DNA from: Roseibacillus sp. | GTDB taxonomy: Bacteria > Verrucomicrobiota > Verrucomicrobiia > Verrucomicrobiales > Akkermansiaceae | Direction of reading: 5' to 3' | NCBI GenBank assembly: GCA_051251855.1 | Contig: JBPOGI010000003.1 | Location: 160,001 to 224,000, forward strand | Length of the DNA stretch: 64,000 bases | Shown: positions 29,393-39,378 of the stretch, piece by piece | How the letters are laid out: every line of letters begins with the position of its first letter | Numbering within the stretch: position 1 is the stretch's first letter | The notes under the pieces: generated by a model | What the model saw: only the letters and a program-made list of their open reading frames with translations | Database searches by the model: none | What the model was told of the DNA's origin: nothing | Position numbers and translations under genes: made by a program

Positions 29393-31000
29393 ATGCTTAC
29401 GATCATATCCTTCATTGCCTTCACCGCGTTTGCGGCCGGTCTGACTTGGTGGATCACACGAAAAGACCGGACCGATAGCTCGGACGGGTTCTTTTTGGGT
29501 GGCCGCAGTTTGACTTTTCCCATTATTGCGGGCTCTTTGCTTCTGACGAACCTTTCTACCGAGCAGATGGTGGGGCTGAATGGCTCCGCTTACAAAAATG
29601 GCTTTAGTGTAATGGCTTGGGAAGTGGTCGCGGTCATCGCGCTCGTGCTGATGGCCATTTTCTTCCTGCCGAAGTTTCTTCGCACGGGGATCACGACGGT
29701 GCCGCAGTTTCTTGAGCAACGCTTCGATAAGCGGACTCAAACGCTTGCCAACTCTATCTTCCTGGCCGCCTATGCCTTGTTGCTCATTCCCATCATTCTT
29801 TATAGTGGTGCGAAGGGACTCATCAATATCATGGACTTGAAGACCATGACGGGTATTGAGAACGATTATACCTTGTTGCAGATCGCCTGTGTGGGCATCG
29901 GCATCGCGGGAATGCTTTACTCACGTTTCGGCGGATTGAGAACTCTTGCAGTTCTCGACACCATTAATGGAATCGGACTCTTGATTGGTGGCTTCATGAT
30001 TGCTTGGTTTGCTCTCGCTTTCCTTGGCGGCGATGGTGGAGTTTCGGGTGGTTGGAATACTCTTAAGACGGTGCACCCTGAGCGAATGGACTCCACGGGT
30101 GAGTCTGGTTCGGAAGTGCCATTTGCGACGCTCTTTACGGGAGTAGCTCTTCTCAACCTCTTCTACTGGTGCACCAACCAGCAGATTATTCAGCGGACCT
30201 TTGGTGCCAGTTCGTTGGCCGAAGGACAGAAGGGTGTTCTTCTCACCGGTGCGCTTAAGCTTCTGGGGCCGGTTTACCTCGTTCTCCCGGGTCTGATTGC
30301 CTATCACCTCTATTTTGACCAAGGAGTGGCCAACGACGATGCCTACGGAAAATTGGTGGCCGACGTGCTTCCCTCACACCTTACTGGATTCTTTGCTGCG
30401 GTAATGGTGGGAGCGATTTTGAGCTCATTTAACGCAGCCTTGAATTCGACCTCCGCGCTGTTCTCGATTGGTCTTTACAAGCACATGATCAATCCGGGCG
30501 CGGATGATGAGAAGACGGTGAAGACTGCGAAACTGTTCGTCACGGTGATTGCCATTGCGGCGATGTTTGGAGCTCCTCTGCTTTCGAAGACAGGAAGTCT
30601 CTTTAGCTATTTGCAGACGATGAACGCCATCTACTTCATCCCAATTTTTGCGGTGGTGGTAATGGGAATGCTCAACAAGCGTGTTCCTTCCAAGTCGGCT
30701 TTTGTGGCCATGATTGTGGGTCTCGTGATTTTGATTGCGACCCTGATTGTCTACCCTGCGGCCAATGGGGGAGATGGTTTTGATAATGTGACTGGCTTCA
30801 GTAATTTCCACCTGATGGGAATCGTGTTTGCACTCCTTGTTACGATTATGTTCATCGCTTCGAAGGTGGCTCCACGAGCGGAGGCTTGGGAGATGAAGAC
30901 AAATACGCCGATTGATATGACTCCTTGGAAGGGTGCTCCGATTGTGAGTGGTATCCTCGTGGTAGTGGTGTTGATTGTTTACATCTCGTTCCACCAGTAG
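29393..31000 (+). CDS. Sodium:solute symporter (SSS family, YidK-like)
   Basis: FLGGRSL, LLTNLSTEQ.VGLNG and YWCTNQQIIQR motifs; many TM helices. Confidence 0.92.
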   Translation: MLTIISFIAFTAFAAGLTWWITRKDRTDSSDGFFLGGRSLTFPIIAGSLLLTNLSTEQMVGLNGSAYKNGFSVMAWEVVAVIALVLMAIFFLPKFLRTGITTVPQFLEQRFDKRTQTLANSIFLAAYALLLIPIILYSGAKGLINIMDLKTMTGIENDYTLLQIACVGIGIAGMLYSRFGGLRTLAVLDTINGIGLLIGGFMIAWFALAFLGGDGGVSGGWNTLKTVHPERMDSTGESGSEVPFATLFTGVALLNLFYWCTNQQIIQRTFGASSLAEGQKGVLLTGALKLLGPVYLVLPGLIAYHLYFDQGVANDDAYGKLVADVLPSHLTGFFAAVMVGAILSSFNAALNSTSALFSIGLYKHMINPGADDEKTVKTAKLFVTVIAIAAMFGAPLLSKTGSLFSYLQTMNAIYFIPIFAVVVMGMLNKRVPSKSAFVAMIVGLVILIATLIVYPAANGGDGFDNVTGFSNFHLMGIVFALLVTIMFIASKVAPRAEAWEMKTNTPIDMTPWKGAPIVSGILVVVVLIVYISFHQ

Positions 31001-31026
31001 GGAGAGTTTCCTAGCAAACGTTTTTC

Positions 31027-31058
31027 AAAACCTCGCTCTGAAAAGGGCGGGGTTTTTT
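31027..31058 (+). terminator. Rho-independent terminator
   Basis: AAAACCTCGCTCT-GAAA-AGGGCGGGGTTTTTT. Confidence 0.75.
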
Positions 31059-31071
31059 GTTTAGTGGGGCA

Positions 31072-31136
31072 ATGGAGCGGCGGCTTTTATTGCCGCCGAC
31101 GGTTGTAGTGTGCGGCAGTAAAGGCCGCCCCTCCAT
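31072..31136. repeat. REP-like palindromic element, copy 1
   Basis: ATGGAGCGGCGGCTTTTATTGCCGC...GCGGCAGTAAAGGCCGCCCCTCCAT. Confidence 0.75.
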
Positions 31137-31263
31137 GGAGATGAGGAGGATGTCTCGGCTGCAGCTAAAGTATCGGAGGTTAAGGAATGTAAGCTGTTCC
31201 CTAGGTTTCTTTAGGGATGAAAGAAGTTCTGGCAGAAAATTCTGTCTCTGGCGTTTTGAGATT

Positions 31264-31650
31264 ATGAAACTCAGCGTTATGTTGCTTTCCGTCTTCACTC
31301 TTGGGGACGGTTCATTCTGTGGTTGTCAGGGGACTGCAACTGTCAGCGATATGTCCCACATGATGGTGATTGGAGCCTCTACGAAAGTAAGAGAATATGA
31401 GATGTTGTATGGAGAGCTTCCGCCGATGGAGGAGGGGTTGAATGCTTTGGTCACAAGACCAAAGGCTCTTGCTGAGGGCGCTCATTGGGCGCAACTTTAC
31501 GATGAAGTGCCTATGGACCCGTGGGACAATCCGATCTTTTACTTTATCGACGACGAGCTTCCCAATGGATTTGGGGTCTATAGTTGTGGGCCTGATGGAA
31601 TTTCTAAGTCAGAAGGCAATGATCCCGATGATATCAATAGCTGGGATTGA
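31264..31650 (+). CDS. Orphan GspG-like (T2SS pseudopilin C-terminal domain) protein
   Basis: G.LP..EEGL.ALV..P...W......P.DPW.N...Y and YS.GPDG......DDI.SW; no canonical prepilin motif. Confidence 0.7.
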   Translation: MKLSVMLLSVFTLGDGSFCGCQGTATVSDMSHMMVIGASTKVREYEMLYGELPPMEEGLNALVTRPKALAEGAHWAQLYDEVPMDPWDNPIFYFIDDELPNGFGVYSCGPDGISKSEGNDPDDINSWD

Positions 31651-31665
31651 GATGGCTTGAGAGAA

Positions 31666-31728
31666 ATGGAGCGGCGGCTTTCATTGCCGCCGTCGGTTTT
31701 AGTGGGCGGCAGTAAAGGCCACCCCTCC
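31666..31728. repeat. REP-like palindromic element, copy 2 (overlaps the xdh 3' end)
   Basis: Near-identical to 31072-31136 and in the same orientation. Confidence 0.75.
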
Positions 31729-34700
31729 GGAGGTGAGAATGACTTCGGGGGTGAGGGGTGAGGGGATGTCGGTGTTGTTGCAGAGGGCGTCGCGGAGGGC
31801 TTCGCGGACGGAGATGGCGAGCATGAGGGGTGGCTCGCCGACGGCTTTGGAGCCATGGATGGTGCTGTCTTGCGCGGCGTCGGTGAGGAGGTTGACGCGG
31901 AAGTCGAGGGGGGCGTCGGAGAAGGCGGGGATGGCGTAGGTGCTGGCGCTGTGGGTGAGGAGGACGCCGTCGTCATTCCATTGCAGGTCTTCGCTGGTTA
32001 GCCAACCGGCTCCTTGCACGAAGGCACCTTCGATTTGGCCGCGATCGAGGTCGGGGCTAAGGGAGTTGCCGACATCATGGAGGATGTCGACGCGACGCAG
32101 ATGATGCATGCCGGTGTAGCCATCGACTTCGACTTCGCTGACGGCAGCGCCGAAGGCGTAGTAGTGGAAAGGTCGGCCTTTGGGACGTTCCATGGACCAG
32201 TCCCATTCGAGGTCGGGGGTCTTGTAGAATCCAGCGGCGGAGAGTTGGATGCGCTCGGCGTAGGCGGCTTGGGCGAGTTCGTCGAAGGGCAGAGAGTGAT
32301 GGCCGGCGTGCACGCTATCATCGGTGAAGATGACTTCGGAGGGATCGCACTCGAGTTTTTGGGCGGCGAGAGGGGCGAGCCGTTCGCGGAGTTGGCGGCA
32401 GGCATCGGCGACGGCCATTCCATTGAGGTCGGAGCCGGAGGAGGCGGCGGTGGCGGAAGTGTTGGGCACCTTGTCGGTGCGGGTGTTCATGAGGCGAATG
32501 CGGTCGGCGGAGAGGCCGAGTTCCTTCATCGCGACGGTGAGGATTTTGCTGTGGAGGCCTTGGCCCATTTCGGTGCCGCCGTGGTTCACTTGTACGGAGC
32601 CGTCGGCGTAGATGAGGACGAGGGCGCCGGCTTGGTTGTAGTGCTTGAGGGTGAAGCTGATGCCGAATTTGACGGGGGTGATGGCAAGGCCGCGGCGTTG
32701 TTGGGGGTGGGACTGGTTCCAGGTGTGGAGTTCTTTTTTGCGGGCGGTAAAGTCGGAGGACTCTAACAATTCGTCCCAGATGCGTTGGATGCGGTTGCCC
32801 TCGACGACTTCGCCGTAGTGAGTGGTGTTCGTTTCGCCGTCGCCGTGGTAGAAATTGCATGCGCGCACTTGTTCGGGAGGAAGGTCGAGCGCGAGGGCGA
32901 CGCGGGCGAGGATGTCCTCGATGATGACCATGCCTTGGGGACCGCCAAAGCCTCGGAAGGCGGTGTGGGAGGTGGCGTTGGTCTTGCAGACGCGGCCTTC
33001 GAAGTGAACGTTTGGAAAGTAATAGGCGTTATCGAGGTGAAAGAGGGCGCGGTCGTTGACGGGTTGGGAGAGGTCGAGGGACCAGCCGCCGTCGGAGAAG
33101 AGATGCACTTGCACGGCGTCAATGCGGCCGTCGTCGTGGTAGCCGACTTGGAAGCGGGCGTGGAAGGGATGTCGTTTTCCCGAGGTGACCATGTCGTGGT
33201 CGCGATCGAGTTGGAGGGTGACGGGCTTGTTAAGTTGATGAGCGGCAAGAGCGCAGACGGCGGCCCAAGGGTTGGCTTGTGTTTCTTTACCGCCAAAGCC
33301 GCCTCCCATGCGGGGACTTTCGACGGTGACGCGGTGGCGGGCCCAGCCGAGGACTTCAGCGACGATGGTTTGGGTCTCGGAAGGGTGTTGGGTGGAAGAG
33401 TGGATGAGGACGGCATCTTCGCCATCGGGTTCGGCGAAGGCGGCGTGGGTCTCGAGGTAAAATTGCTCTTGGCCGCCGACTTCGAGGGTGCCGGAGAGTT
33501 GATGAGGGGCGTCTTTGAGGCCTTGTTCTACATCGCCGCGTCCGAGGATGTGGGGGTCGGTGTGAAAGGACTCGGCTTCGACGGCGGCGGGGATTCCTAA
33601 GAGAGGAGGGAGAGGGATGGTTTCGATGATGATTTTCTCGGCAGCGAGGCGGGCGTTCTCGTAGCTGTCGGCGATGACGGCGGCGAGGAGTTGGCCATGG
33701 TATTGGATGGTGTCGGTGGCGAAGAGCGGTTCGTCGTGACGCGCGGGTCCGGTGTTGTTAGAGCCGGTGATATCCTCGGCGGTGAGAATGGTCTGGACGC
33801 CGGGTTGAGTGAGAGCGGGAGTGACGTCGAGCTTGTCGATGGTGGCGTGGGCCACTTGGGAGAAGACGGGGTAGGCGTGGAGGGCGTTGCGATTGAGGCC
33901 GATGTCGTGGGTGTAGAGAGCGTGGCCGGTGACGTGGCCGACGGCGGACTCGTGGGGGTCGGAGAGTTGGGTCGGTGCTTCCAATTCGGGAACCGGGATT
34001 TCGATTTCTAATAACTCAGGATTCTGGAGGGCGGCGAGGTGTTTTTCGCAGAGGGAAAGGATGAGGCGTTGACGGTATTCGGCAGAGCCCCGTTGGTCGG
34101 AGAGGGGAGTGAATTCCTGGGAAAGAATGTTGGGGAGCTCGGAGGGAAGGGTCTTCCCGAACTGACCGATGAGGGCTTTTTCCGCTTCGTAGGCGCGGGC
34201 GGGATGGGCGGAGACGCCACCGAAAGCAAGGCGGGCTTCTTGGATGACTCCGCTGTCGTCGATAAGGATGCGGGAGGCGAGGGAAACGGTGGAGATGTCC
34301 ATCTCGCGTCGCTTGGAGACTTTGGAAAAGGCGCTCACTCCGGTGAGCTTGCGAGGGACGTTGATGGTGACGAGGAGTTCGTCTTTCTTGAGAACGGTGG
34401 CGCGGTAGCCGGTGAAGAATTCGCTGAGGGGGATGGTCCGCTTGTGGTGCGGGCATTGCAGGGTGACGGTGGCATCGAGAGCGAGGAGGACGGGGGCAGA
34501 GTCGCCGATAGGAGAGGCGGTGACGAGGTTGCCGCCGAGGGTGGCGCGGTGCCGGATTTGGCGGGAGGCGAAGAGGCGCAGCATTTTGCCGAAGGCAGGG
34601 TATTCGGCGGCGACGGGCTCGAGGTCGGTGAGGGGGCAGGCGGCGCCGATGTGCCAATGGGTGTCACTTTCCTTGAGTTCTAACAGTTCGGTGACGTGTT

Positions 34701-35352
34701 CGAGGGAGATGAGGGTGTCGGGGCGGAGATGGCGCTTGTTCATCAGGACCGCAAGTTCGGTGGCGCCGGCGATGTAGGGAGCTTTGGGGTGATGGCTCTT
34801 GGCGACGAAAACTTCGGCGATGGTGGTGGGGCAGTAGTATTTGTCGGTGGCGTCGGGGACGATAGGCTCTGAGGAGGGGAGGTCGGTTTGAGGGATGAGA
34901 GCGGCGGCTTCGCGAATGGGGCGGTAGCCGGTGCAGCGGCAGAGGTTTCCGCAAAGTTGATCCGCGATGGCGGCGGGGTCGTCTTGGATTCCGCGCGCAG
35001 AGCCTTCGGCCATGGAGCAGATGAAGCCGGGGGTGCAGTAGCCGCATTGGGAACCGTTGCAGGTGACCATGGCGGATTGCGCTGGGTGCAATTCTTTGTT
35101 CGCGGCGAGGCCTTCGGCGGTGAGGACTTCGCGGCCGATGAGAGAGTGGACGAGGGCGAGGCAGCCGTTGATGGCACGAGGTGGGCCTGCGGGTTCGAGG
35201 AGGAGGAGGGTGCACGCGCCGCAGTCACCTTCGTTGCAACCAACCTTGGATCCGGTGAATCCGTTGAGGCGGAGAAACTCGAGGAGATTTTGATGGAGAG
35301 GAGCCGCCGAGACGTCGGTGACTTTTCCATTGATGGTGATGGTGGCGGGCAT
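31699..35352 (-). CDS. xdhAB: Xanthine dehydrogenase, fused XdhA (2Fe-2S + FAD) and XdhB (molybdopterin) subunits
   Basis: GCNEGDCGAC, QCGYCTPGF, GNLCRCTGY, GGGFGGKE, AFRGFGGPQG, TAASSGSD and SKAVGEPP in one 1217-aa ORF. Confidence 0.93.
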   Translation of the reverse strand: MPATITINGKVTDVSAAPLHQNLLEFLRLNGFTGSKVGCNEGDCGACTLLLLEPAGPPRAINGCLALVHSLIGREVLTAEGLAANKELHPAQSAMVTCNGSQCGYCTPGFICSMAEGSARGIQDDPAAIADQLCGNLCRCTGYRPIREAAALIPQTDLPSSEPIVPDATDKYYCPTTIAEVFVAKSHHPKAPYIAGATELAVLMNKRHLRPDTLISLEHVTELLELKESDTHWHIGAACPLTDLEPVAAEYPAFGKMLRLFASRQIRHRATLGGNLVTASPIGDSAPVLLALDATVTLQCPHHKRTIPLSEFFTGYRATVLKKDELLVTINVPRKLTGVSAFSKVSKRREMDISTVSLASRILIDDSGVIQEARLAFGGVSAHPARAYEAEKALIGQFGKTLPSELPNILSQEFTPLSDQRGSAEYRQRLILSLCEKHLAALQNPELLEIEIPVPELEAPTQLSDPHESAVGHVTGHALYTHDIGLNRNALHAYPVFSQVAHATIDKLDVTPALTQPGVQTILTAEDITGSNNTGPARHDEPLFATDTIQYHGQLLAAVIADSYENARLAAEKIIIETIPLPPLLGIPAAVEAESFHTDPHILGRGDVEQGLKDAPHQLSGTLEVGGQEQFYLETHAAFAEPDGEDAVLIHSSTQHPSETQTIVAEVLGWARHRVTVESPRMGGGFGGKETQANPWAAVCALAAHQLNKPVTLQLDRDHDMVTSGKRHPFHARFQVGYHDDGRIDAVQVHLFSDGGWSLDLSQPVNDRALFHLDNAYYFPNVHFEGRVCKTNATSHTAFRGFGGPQGMVIIEDILARVALALDLPPEQVRACNFYHGDGETNTTHYGEVVEGNRIQRIWDELLESSDFTARKKELHTWNQSHPQQRRGLAITPVKFGISFTLKHYNQAGALVLIYADGSVQVNHGGTEMGQGLHSKILTVAMKELGLSADRIRLMNTRTDKVPNTSATAASSGSDLNGMAVADACRQLRERLAPLAAQKLECDPSEVIFTDDSVHAGHHSLPFDELAQAAYAERIQLSAAGFYKTPDLEWDWSMERPKGRPFHYYAFGAAVSEVEVDGYTGMHHLRRVDILHDVGNSLSPDLDRGQIEGAFVQGAGWLTSEDLQWNDDGVLLTHSASTYAIPAFSDAPLDFRVNLLTDAAQDSTIHGSKAVGEPPLMLAISVREALRDALCNNTDIPSPLTPEVILTSGGVAFTAAH

Positions 35353-35358
35353 GGGAGC

Positions 35359-36087
35359 TTACTCGGGAAGGCGGTGGATGTCTTTGTAGTAGAGGTAGGA
35401 AGCAGGTTCGTCTCCGATGGCGGCGAACCACTGGGGGCAGTAAGGCGCCATCCAAATGGCGTCGCCAGCGTGGACGGGATAGTATTCTTCTTCGAGGCGA
35501 TAGATGCCGTCGCCACTGAGCATCAGCAAGCCGTGTTCCATGATGTGGGTTTCCACAAAAGGAAGGGTGGCGCCGGGTTGGTAGGTGAAGATGTTGATGG
35601 CGAGGTCGAAGGAGGGATGGATGGGGAGGAGGGTTTGCAGGATGGCGCGCTCGTTGCCCATGAAGGGTTCGCCGGGGATGTCTTTGGCGTTGCCATGAGT
35701 GACGGTGGGGGTGGGGTGGTCGAGGTGGGGTTGATAGACTTTGCGGAAGACGGTGAGGCGCGCTTCGGGTTCGCCTTGGAAGGTGACTTCGGTGTGCGGC
35801 GGGACGAAGAGGTAGGAGCCGGCGACGAGGTCGATGCTTTGGTCTTCGAGGTGAGCGGTGACGGTTCCGGTTTCGAGATAGCAGGCGTGTTCATGCTCGT
35901 CGGAGGGGAAATTGGCGGTGCCATCTTTCGCAGAGAAGGTGACGAGGATCTGGGAGAGGTCGGCCCCCATAGCGGGAGAGAGAATGACGTTGGCGATGGC
36001 GTCAACCCAGCCGGGAAATTCGGAGGGGACGTGGCCGTCGGGTGCAATGAGTGCGTGTCGGCCGGAGAGTCGGGTTCGGGTGTGCAT
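35359..36087 (-). CDS. allE: (S)-ureidoglycine aminohydrolase
   Basis: Bicupin; LPFVETHIMEHG, WMAPYCPQW and YLYYKD motifs. Confidence 0.92.
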   Translation of the reverse strand: MHTRTRLSGRHALIAPDGHVPSEFPGWVDAIANVILSPAMGADLSQILVTFSAKDGTANFPSDEHEHACYLETGTVTAHLEDQSIDLVAGSYLFVPPHTEVTFQGEPEARLTVFRKVYQPHLDHPTPTVTHGNAKDIPGEPFMGNERAILQTLLPIHPSFDLAINIFTYQPGATLPFVETHIMEHGLLMLSGDGIYRLEEEYYPVHAGDAIWMAPYCPQWFAAIGDEPASYLYYKDIHRLPE

Positions 36088-36091
36088 GGCG

Positions 36092-37369
36092 TTAAGGTAG
36101 CGTTATTGGGTGGAGAAATCGAGAACGAGTCTGCGAGGTAACGAGTTGGCCGCGCAGGTAGGTGGCGGTGACGCGGTGAGAGAGGGGGAGGCCCGTATAG
36201 GGCGAGTGAGGATGGAGGGAGAGTTGGGGGTCGTTGATGGGGGCGGGATTGTTTTTTTGAAGGAGGGTGAAGTCGGCATCGTAGCCGGGTGCGAGGCGGC
36301 CTTTGTTGGGGAGGCGAAAGCGGTCGGCGACGTTGCGGGAGGTTTGGGGAAGGAGGTCGAAGGTGTGGTCGAGGAGGAGGGGGAAGCCGTGTTGGATACC
36401 GGCGATACCGCCCCACATTTGGAAGATATCATCGCCGGTTTTGAGGTCGGGGGAGGAGGGGGAGTGGTCGGAGCCGATGGTGTCGATTTCGTTGTTGCGG
36501 AGGCAGTCCCAGAGAGCGGCGACGGTTTCGGCAGGGCGAAGGGGCGGGGCGCATTTGGCGAAGGGGCCGATGCGGTTGGCGGCGGTGCGGTCGAGGAGGA
36601 GGTAGTGGGGACAGGTCTCGACGGTGACGTTGACTCCTGCTTTTTTGGCGGCGGTGACGAGGGCGATTCCTTCGGGGCAAGTGACGTGGACGATGTGGAG
36701 TGCGCAGTGGGTTTCGGCAGCGAGTTCGAGGGCGAGAGAGATGGCGTTGGTCTCGAAGGTGGTGGGGCGGGAGTCGAGCCAGTCCTGCATGGTGGTGCCG
36801 GTGGCGGGAGGTCCGTGGGGGATTTCGGCATGGACGGCGACGGGGAGGTTGAGGTCGGCCGCGATCTTCATGCCTTCGCGCAGGGTGGCGGAGTCGGCGG
36901 CGGGGTATTCGTCGATGCCGGAGTGACACATGAAGGCTTTGAAGCCAATGGCACCGGATTGGGCCATGTCTGTTAGGTGAGGGAGAGATTCGGGGACGAG
37001 ACCTCCCCAGAGGGCAAAGTCGAGGTGGGATTTTTCGAGGGCGGTGGTTTTTTTGAGTTCGAAGGTTTCGCGGTTAGTGACGGGTGGGGAGGAGTTGAGC
37101 GGCATGTCGAAGAAGGCGGTGCCTCCTCCAGCGGCGAGGGCGAGGGAGCCGGTGTGGAGTCCTTCCCAATTGGCGCGACCGGGTTCGTTGAAGTGGACAT
37201 GGGAGTCGATCCAGCTGGGGATCAGGATACGGTCGGTGGCGTCGATTTCTTGGGTGGCGGTTCCGGAGATGTTGGGGGAGACTTCGGTGACGGTGCCGTT
37301 GGTGACAGCGAGAGATTGGACCTGACCGTCGGGTAGGGTGGCGTGGATGAGGAGGTCGTGGTCGGGCAT
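36092..37369 (-). CDS. allB: Allantoinase
   Basis: DSHVHFNEPG, DMPLNS.P, GFKAF, ETCPHYL, KCAPPLR and SDHSP motifs. Confidence 0.92.
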   Translation of the reverse strand: MPDHDLLIHATLPDGQVQSLAVTNGTVTEVSPNISGTATQEIDATDRILIPSWIDSHVHFNEPGRANWEGLHTGSLALAAGGGTAFFDMPLNSSPPVTNRETFELKKTTALEKSHLDFALWGGLVPESLPHLTDMAQSGAIGFKAFMCHSGIDEYPAADSATLREGMKIAADLNLPVAVHAEIPHGPPATGTTMQDWLDSRPTTFETNAISLALELAAETHCALHIVHVTCPEGIALVTAAKKAGVNVTVETCPHYLLLDRTAANRIGPFAKCAPPLRPAETVAALWDCLRNNEIDTIGSDHSPSSPDLKTGDDIFQMWGGIAGIQHGFPLLLDHTFDLLPQTSRNVADRFRLPNKGRLAPGYDADFTLLQKNNPAPINDPQLSLHPHSPYTGLPLSHRVTATYLRGQLVTSQTRSRFLHPITLP

Positions 37370-37384
37370 AGAGTTAGAGTGACA

Positions 37385-37610
37385 AAGATTTTTTTACCAC
37401 GAAGAGCACAAAGGACGCGAAGGATTAGGTTGTAGGATTTTGACGAAGCAGTGGGGCGAGCTAAAGCTCGCGGTCCGTACTTTTGGCTCGTCCTTAGTTT
37501 TTAGGTGTTTCATTTTTAGTTTTTCGAAAATTAAGGGGCTGGGAATTGGAGGGAGACGACGAACTCGGGGATTTGGTTTTTGAGTCTTTGGTTTTTGAGT
37601 TTTTTCGAAG
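37385..37610. repeat. Intergenic mosaic of repeat remnants
   Basis: GCGAGCTAAAGCTCGCGGTCC hairpin (37456-37476); a tandem whose reverse complement is ACTCAAAAACCAAAG (about 37573-37600), also present at 28801-28815. Confidence 0.5.
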
Positions 37611-37614
37611 GGGG

Positions 37615-38844
37615 TTAGGTGGGCGAGGGTTCAAAAGTTTTTAAGAAGTGGGTGAGGATGTTGATGCCAGTGGCGATGTCTTCGGGGGTGGCGTATTCGT
37701 CGGGATGATGAGAGAGGCCGTCGCGGCAACGGACGAAAATCATGCCGATGGGCATGACGGGGGCGAGGACGACACCGTCGTGACCAGCTCCACTGGGGAG
37801 GAGGCGATTGTGTCCGGTGATGGCTGTGAGGGAGTTGAGGAGCTGATTGGTGAGTTTGGGTTCGCAGGGAGTGGCGTCGTTGCCTTGGATGATTTGCCAG
37901 GCGTATTGGAGATTTCTGTCTTTGGTGATGCGGGTGAATTCGGCTTCGATGTCGGCTTCGGCTTGATGCCGGACGTCGTCGTTGGGGTGCCGAATGTCGA
38001 TGGTGAAGGTGACCTCTTGGGGAATGCTGTTAGAGACGTTGGGCTGAACTTGAACTTGGCCGACGGTGGCGACGAGGGAGTCGGTTTGGCGGGCGATGTT
38101 CTCGATGGCGAGGATGGCTTCGGCGCTCCCAGTGAGGGCATCGCTGCGCAGGTTCATGGGGGTGGTGCCAGCGTGGTCGGCATGTCCGGTGAAGGTGATG
38201 CGCAAGCGGGTTTGACCCATGATGCTGGTGACAATGCAGGCGGGCTCGTTGGCTTCTTCGAGGATGCGGCCTTGCTCGATGTGAAGTTCGACGTAGCCGA
38301 GGGTTTCGCTTGGGGCGTAGTGAAAGACTTCGGCTTGGTCGTGCCAGCCGAGGGTGGCGAGGACGAAGGCGAGGGATTGGCCTTTGGCATCTTCGCGGTT
38401 GAGGGTGCCGTGGTCGAGTTCGCCGATGATGCTGCGGCTGCCGAGGTAGGTGGTCTGGAAGCGGACGCCTTCTTCGTCGGAGAAGCCGAGAACGTGAACG
38501 GGGAAAGGGAGGGTGATGTTTTGTTCGGCGAGGATTTCGAGGGCGGCAAGGGAACTGACGACGCCGAGGGGGCCATCGTATTTTCCCGCGTTGATGACGG
38601 TGTCGATGTGGGAGCCGAGGAGAAGGGGTGGGGCCTCGGGATTGCTGCCGGGAAGGATGCCGCGCACGGTGCCGTCCTTGGCGTGGGCGGTTTCCATGCC
38701 GAGCTTTTCCATCCAATGGATGACGGAGGCTGCGGCTCGGAGATTGGAGCGGGAGAGGAAGGTGCGGACGAGGTGGTGCGGGTCGTCGGAGAGTTGTCCG
38801 AGTTCTTCGATACGCTCGACGGCGGTTTGGTGCGGAGTGGGCAT
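37615..38844 (-). CDS. allC: Allantoate amidohydrolase (M20 family)
   Basis: GSHIDTV..GKYDG.LG, DEEG.RF, ELHIEQG, HAGTTPM, SGAGHD and SHHP.E motifs; purine-cluster context. Confidence 0.88.
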   Translation of the reverse strand: MPTPHQTAVERIEELGQLSDDPHHLVRTFLSRSNLRAAASVIHWMEKLGMETAHAKDGTVRGILPGSNPEAPPLLLGSHIDTVINAGKYDGPLGVVSSLAALEILAEQNITLPFPVHVLGFSDEEGVRFQTTYLGSRSIIGELDHGTLNREDAKGQSLAFVLATLGWHDQAEVFHYAPSETLGYVELHIEQGRILEEANEPACIVTSIMGQTRLRITFTGHADHAGTTPMNLRSDALTGSAEAILAIENIARQTDSLVATVGQVQVQPNVSNSIPQEVTFTIDIRHPNDDVRHQAEADIEAEFTRITKDRNLQYAWQIIQGNDATPCEPKLTNQLLNSLTAITGHNRLLPSGAGHDGVVLAPVMPIGMIFVRCRDGLSHHPDEYATPEDIATGINILTHFLKTFEPSPT

Positions 38845-38861
38845 TCAGGTTTTGTGATGAA

Positions 38862-39188
38862 TTAGCTGCCGCGGTAGGTGGAGTAGGAGAAGGGTGAACA
38901 GAGGAGGGGGACGTGGTAGGATTGGTTGGCTTCGGTTTTGAAGTCGATTTGGATGACTTCGAGAAAGGGGGAGTCGATGCCGAGTGCACGGAAGTAGTCT
39001 CCAATGGAGAAGAGGAGGCGATAGCTTCCGGCGGGTGGGTCGGTGAGGAGGGGCTCGTCGCAGCGGCCGTCATCGTTGGTAGTGGTGTCGACGATAAGCT
39101 CGTTGGCGGCATTGAAGAGCTGGATACGAACGCCTTGGGCGGGTTTGCCGTGGGCGGTGTCGAGGACGTGGGTGCTGACTTTCTCCAT
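38862..39188 (-). CDS. uraH: 5-hydroxyisourate hydrolase
   Basis: STHVLD, TN.DGR, YHVPLL and C-terminal YRGS. Confidence 0.95.
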   Translation of the reverse strand: MEKVSTHVLDTAHGKPAQGVRIQLFNAANELIVDTTTNDDGRCDEPLLTDPPAGSYRLLFSIGDYFRALGIDSPFLEVIQIDFKTEANQSYHVPLLCSPFSYSTYRGS

Positions 39189-39378
39189 ACAAACATTTCA
39201 GCAGATGGCGGGCCGAACCGCAAGAAAGGGGTTTTCGGGCGAAGGGCAGTTGAACGTGAGGTGGGCGTTGGATAGTATTTTTCTCTTCATTTGGCTTCTG
39301 GCCTGCTAGACTCTCAACATGGAATTTTGGAGAATTGCGGGGGAAGTGGAGTCGTCGTTGCCGAGGGGCAAGGCGCTA

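Noticed and set aside
31699..35352. Selenium-dependent xanthine dehydrogenase
   Set aside because: No in-frame TGA and no recognisable yqeB/yqeC genes; selB concerns Sec insertion, not the labile Se cofactor.
32014..39275. Long plus-strand G/V/E-rich ORFs and Pro/Ser/Arg-rich minus-strand ORFs
   Set aside because: They are shadows of the purine genes caused by GC-rich, skewed codon usage.
39189..39378. Purine or xanthine riboswitch between uraH and add
   Set aside because: No recognisable aptamer consensus by eye.
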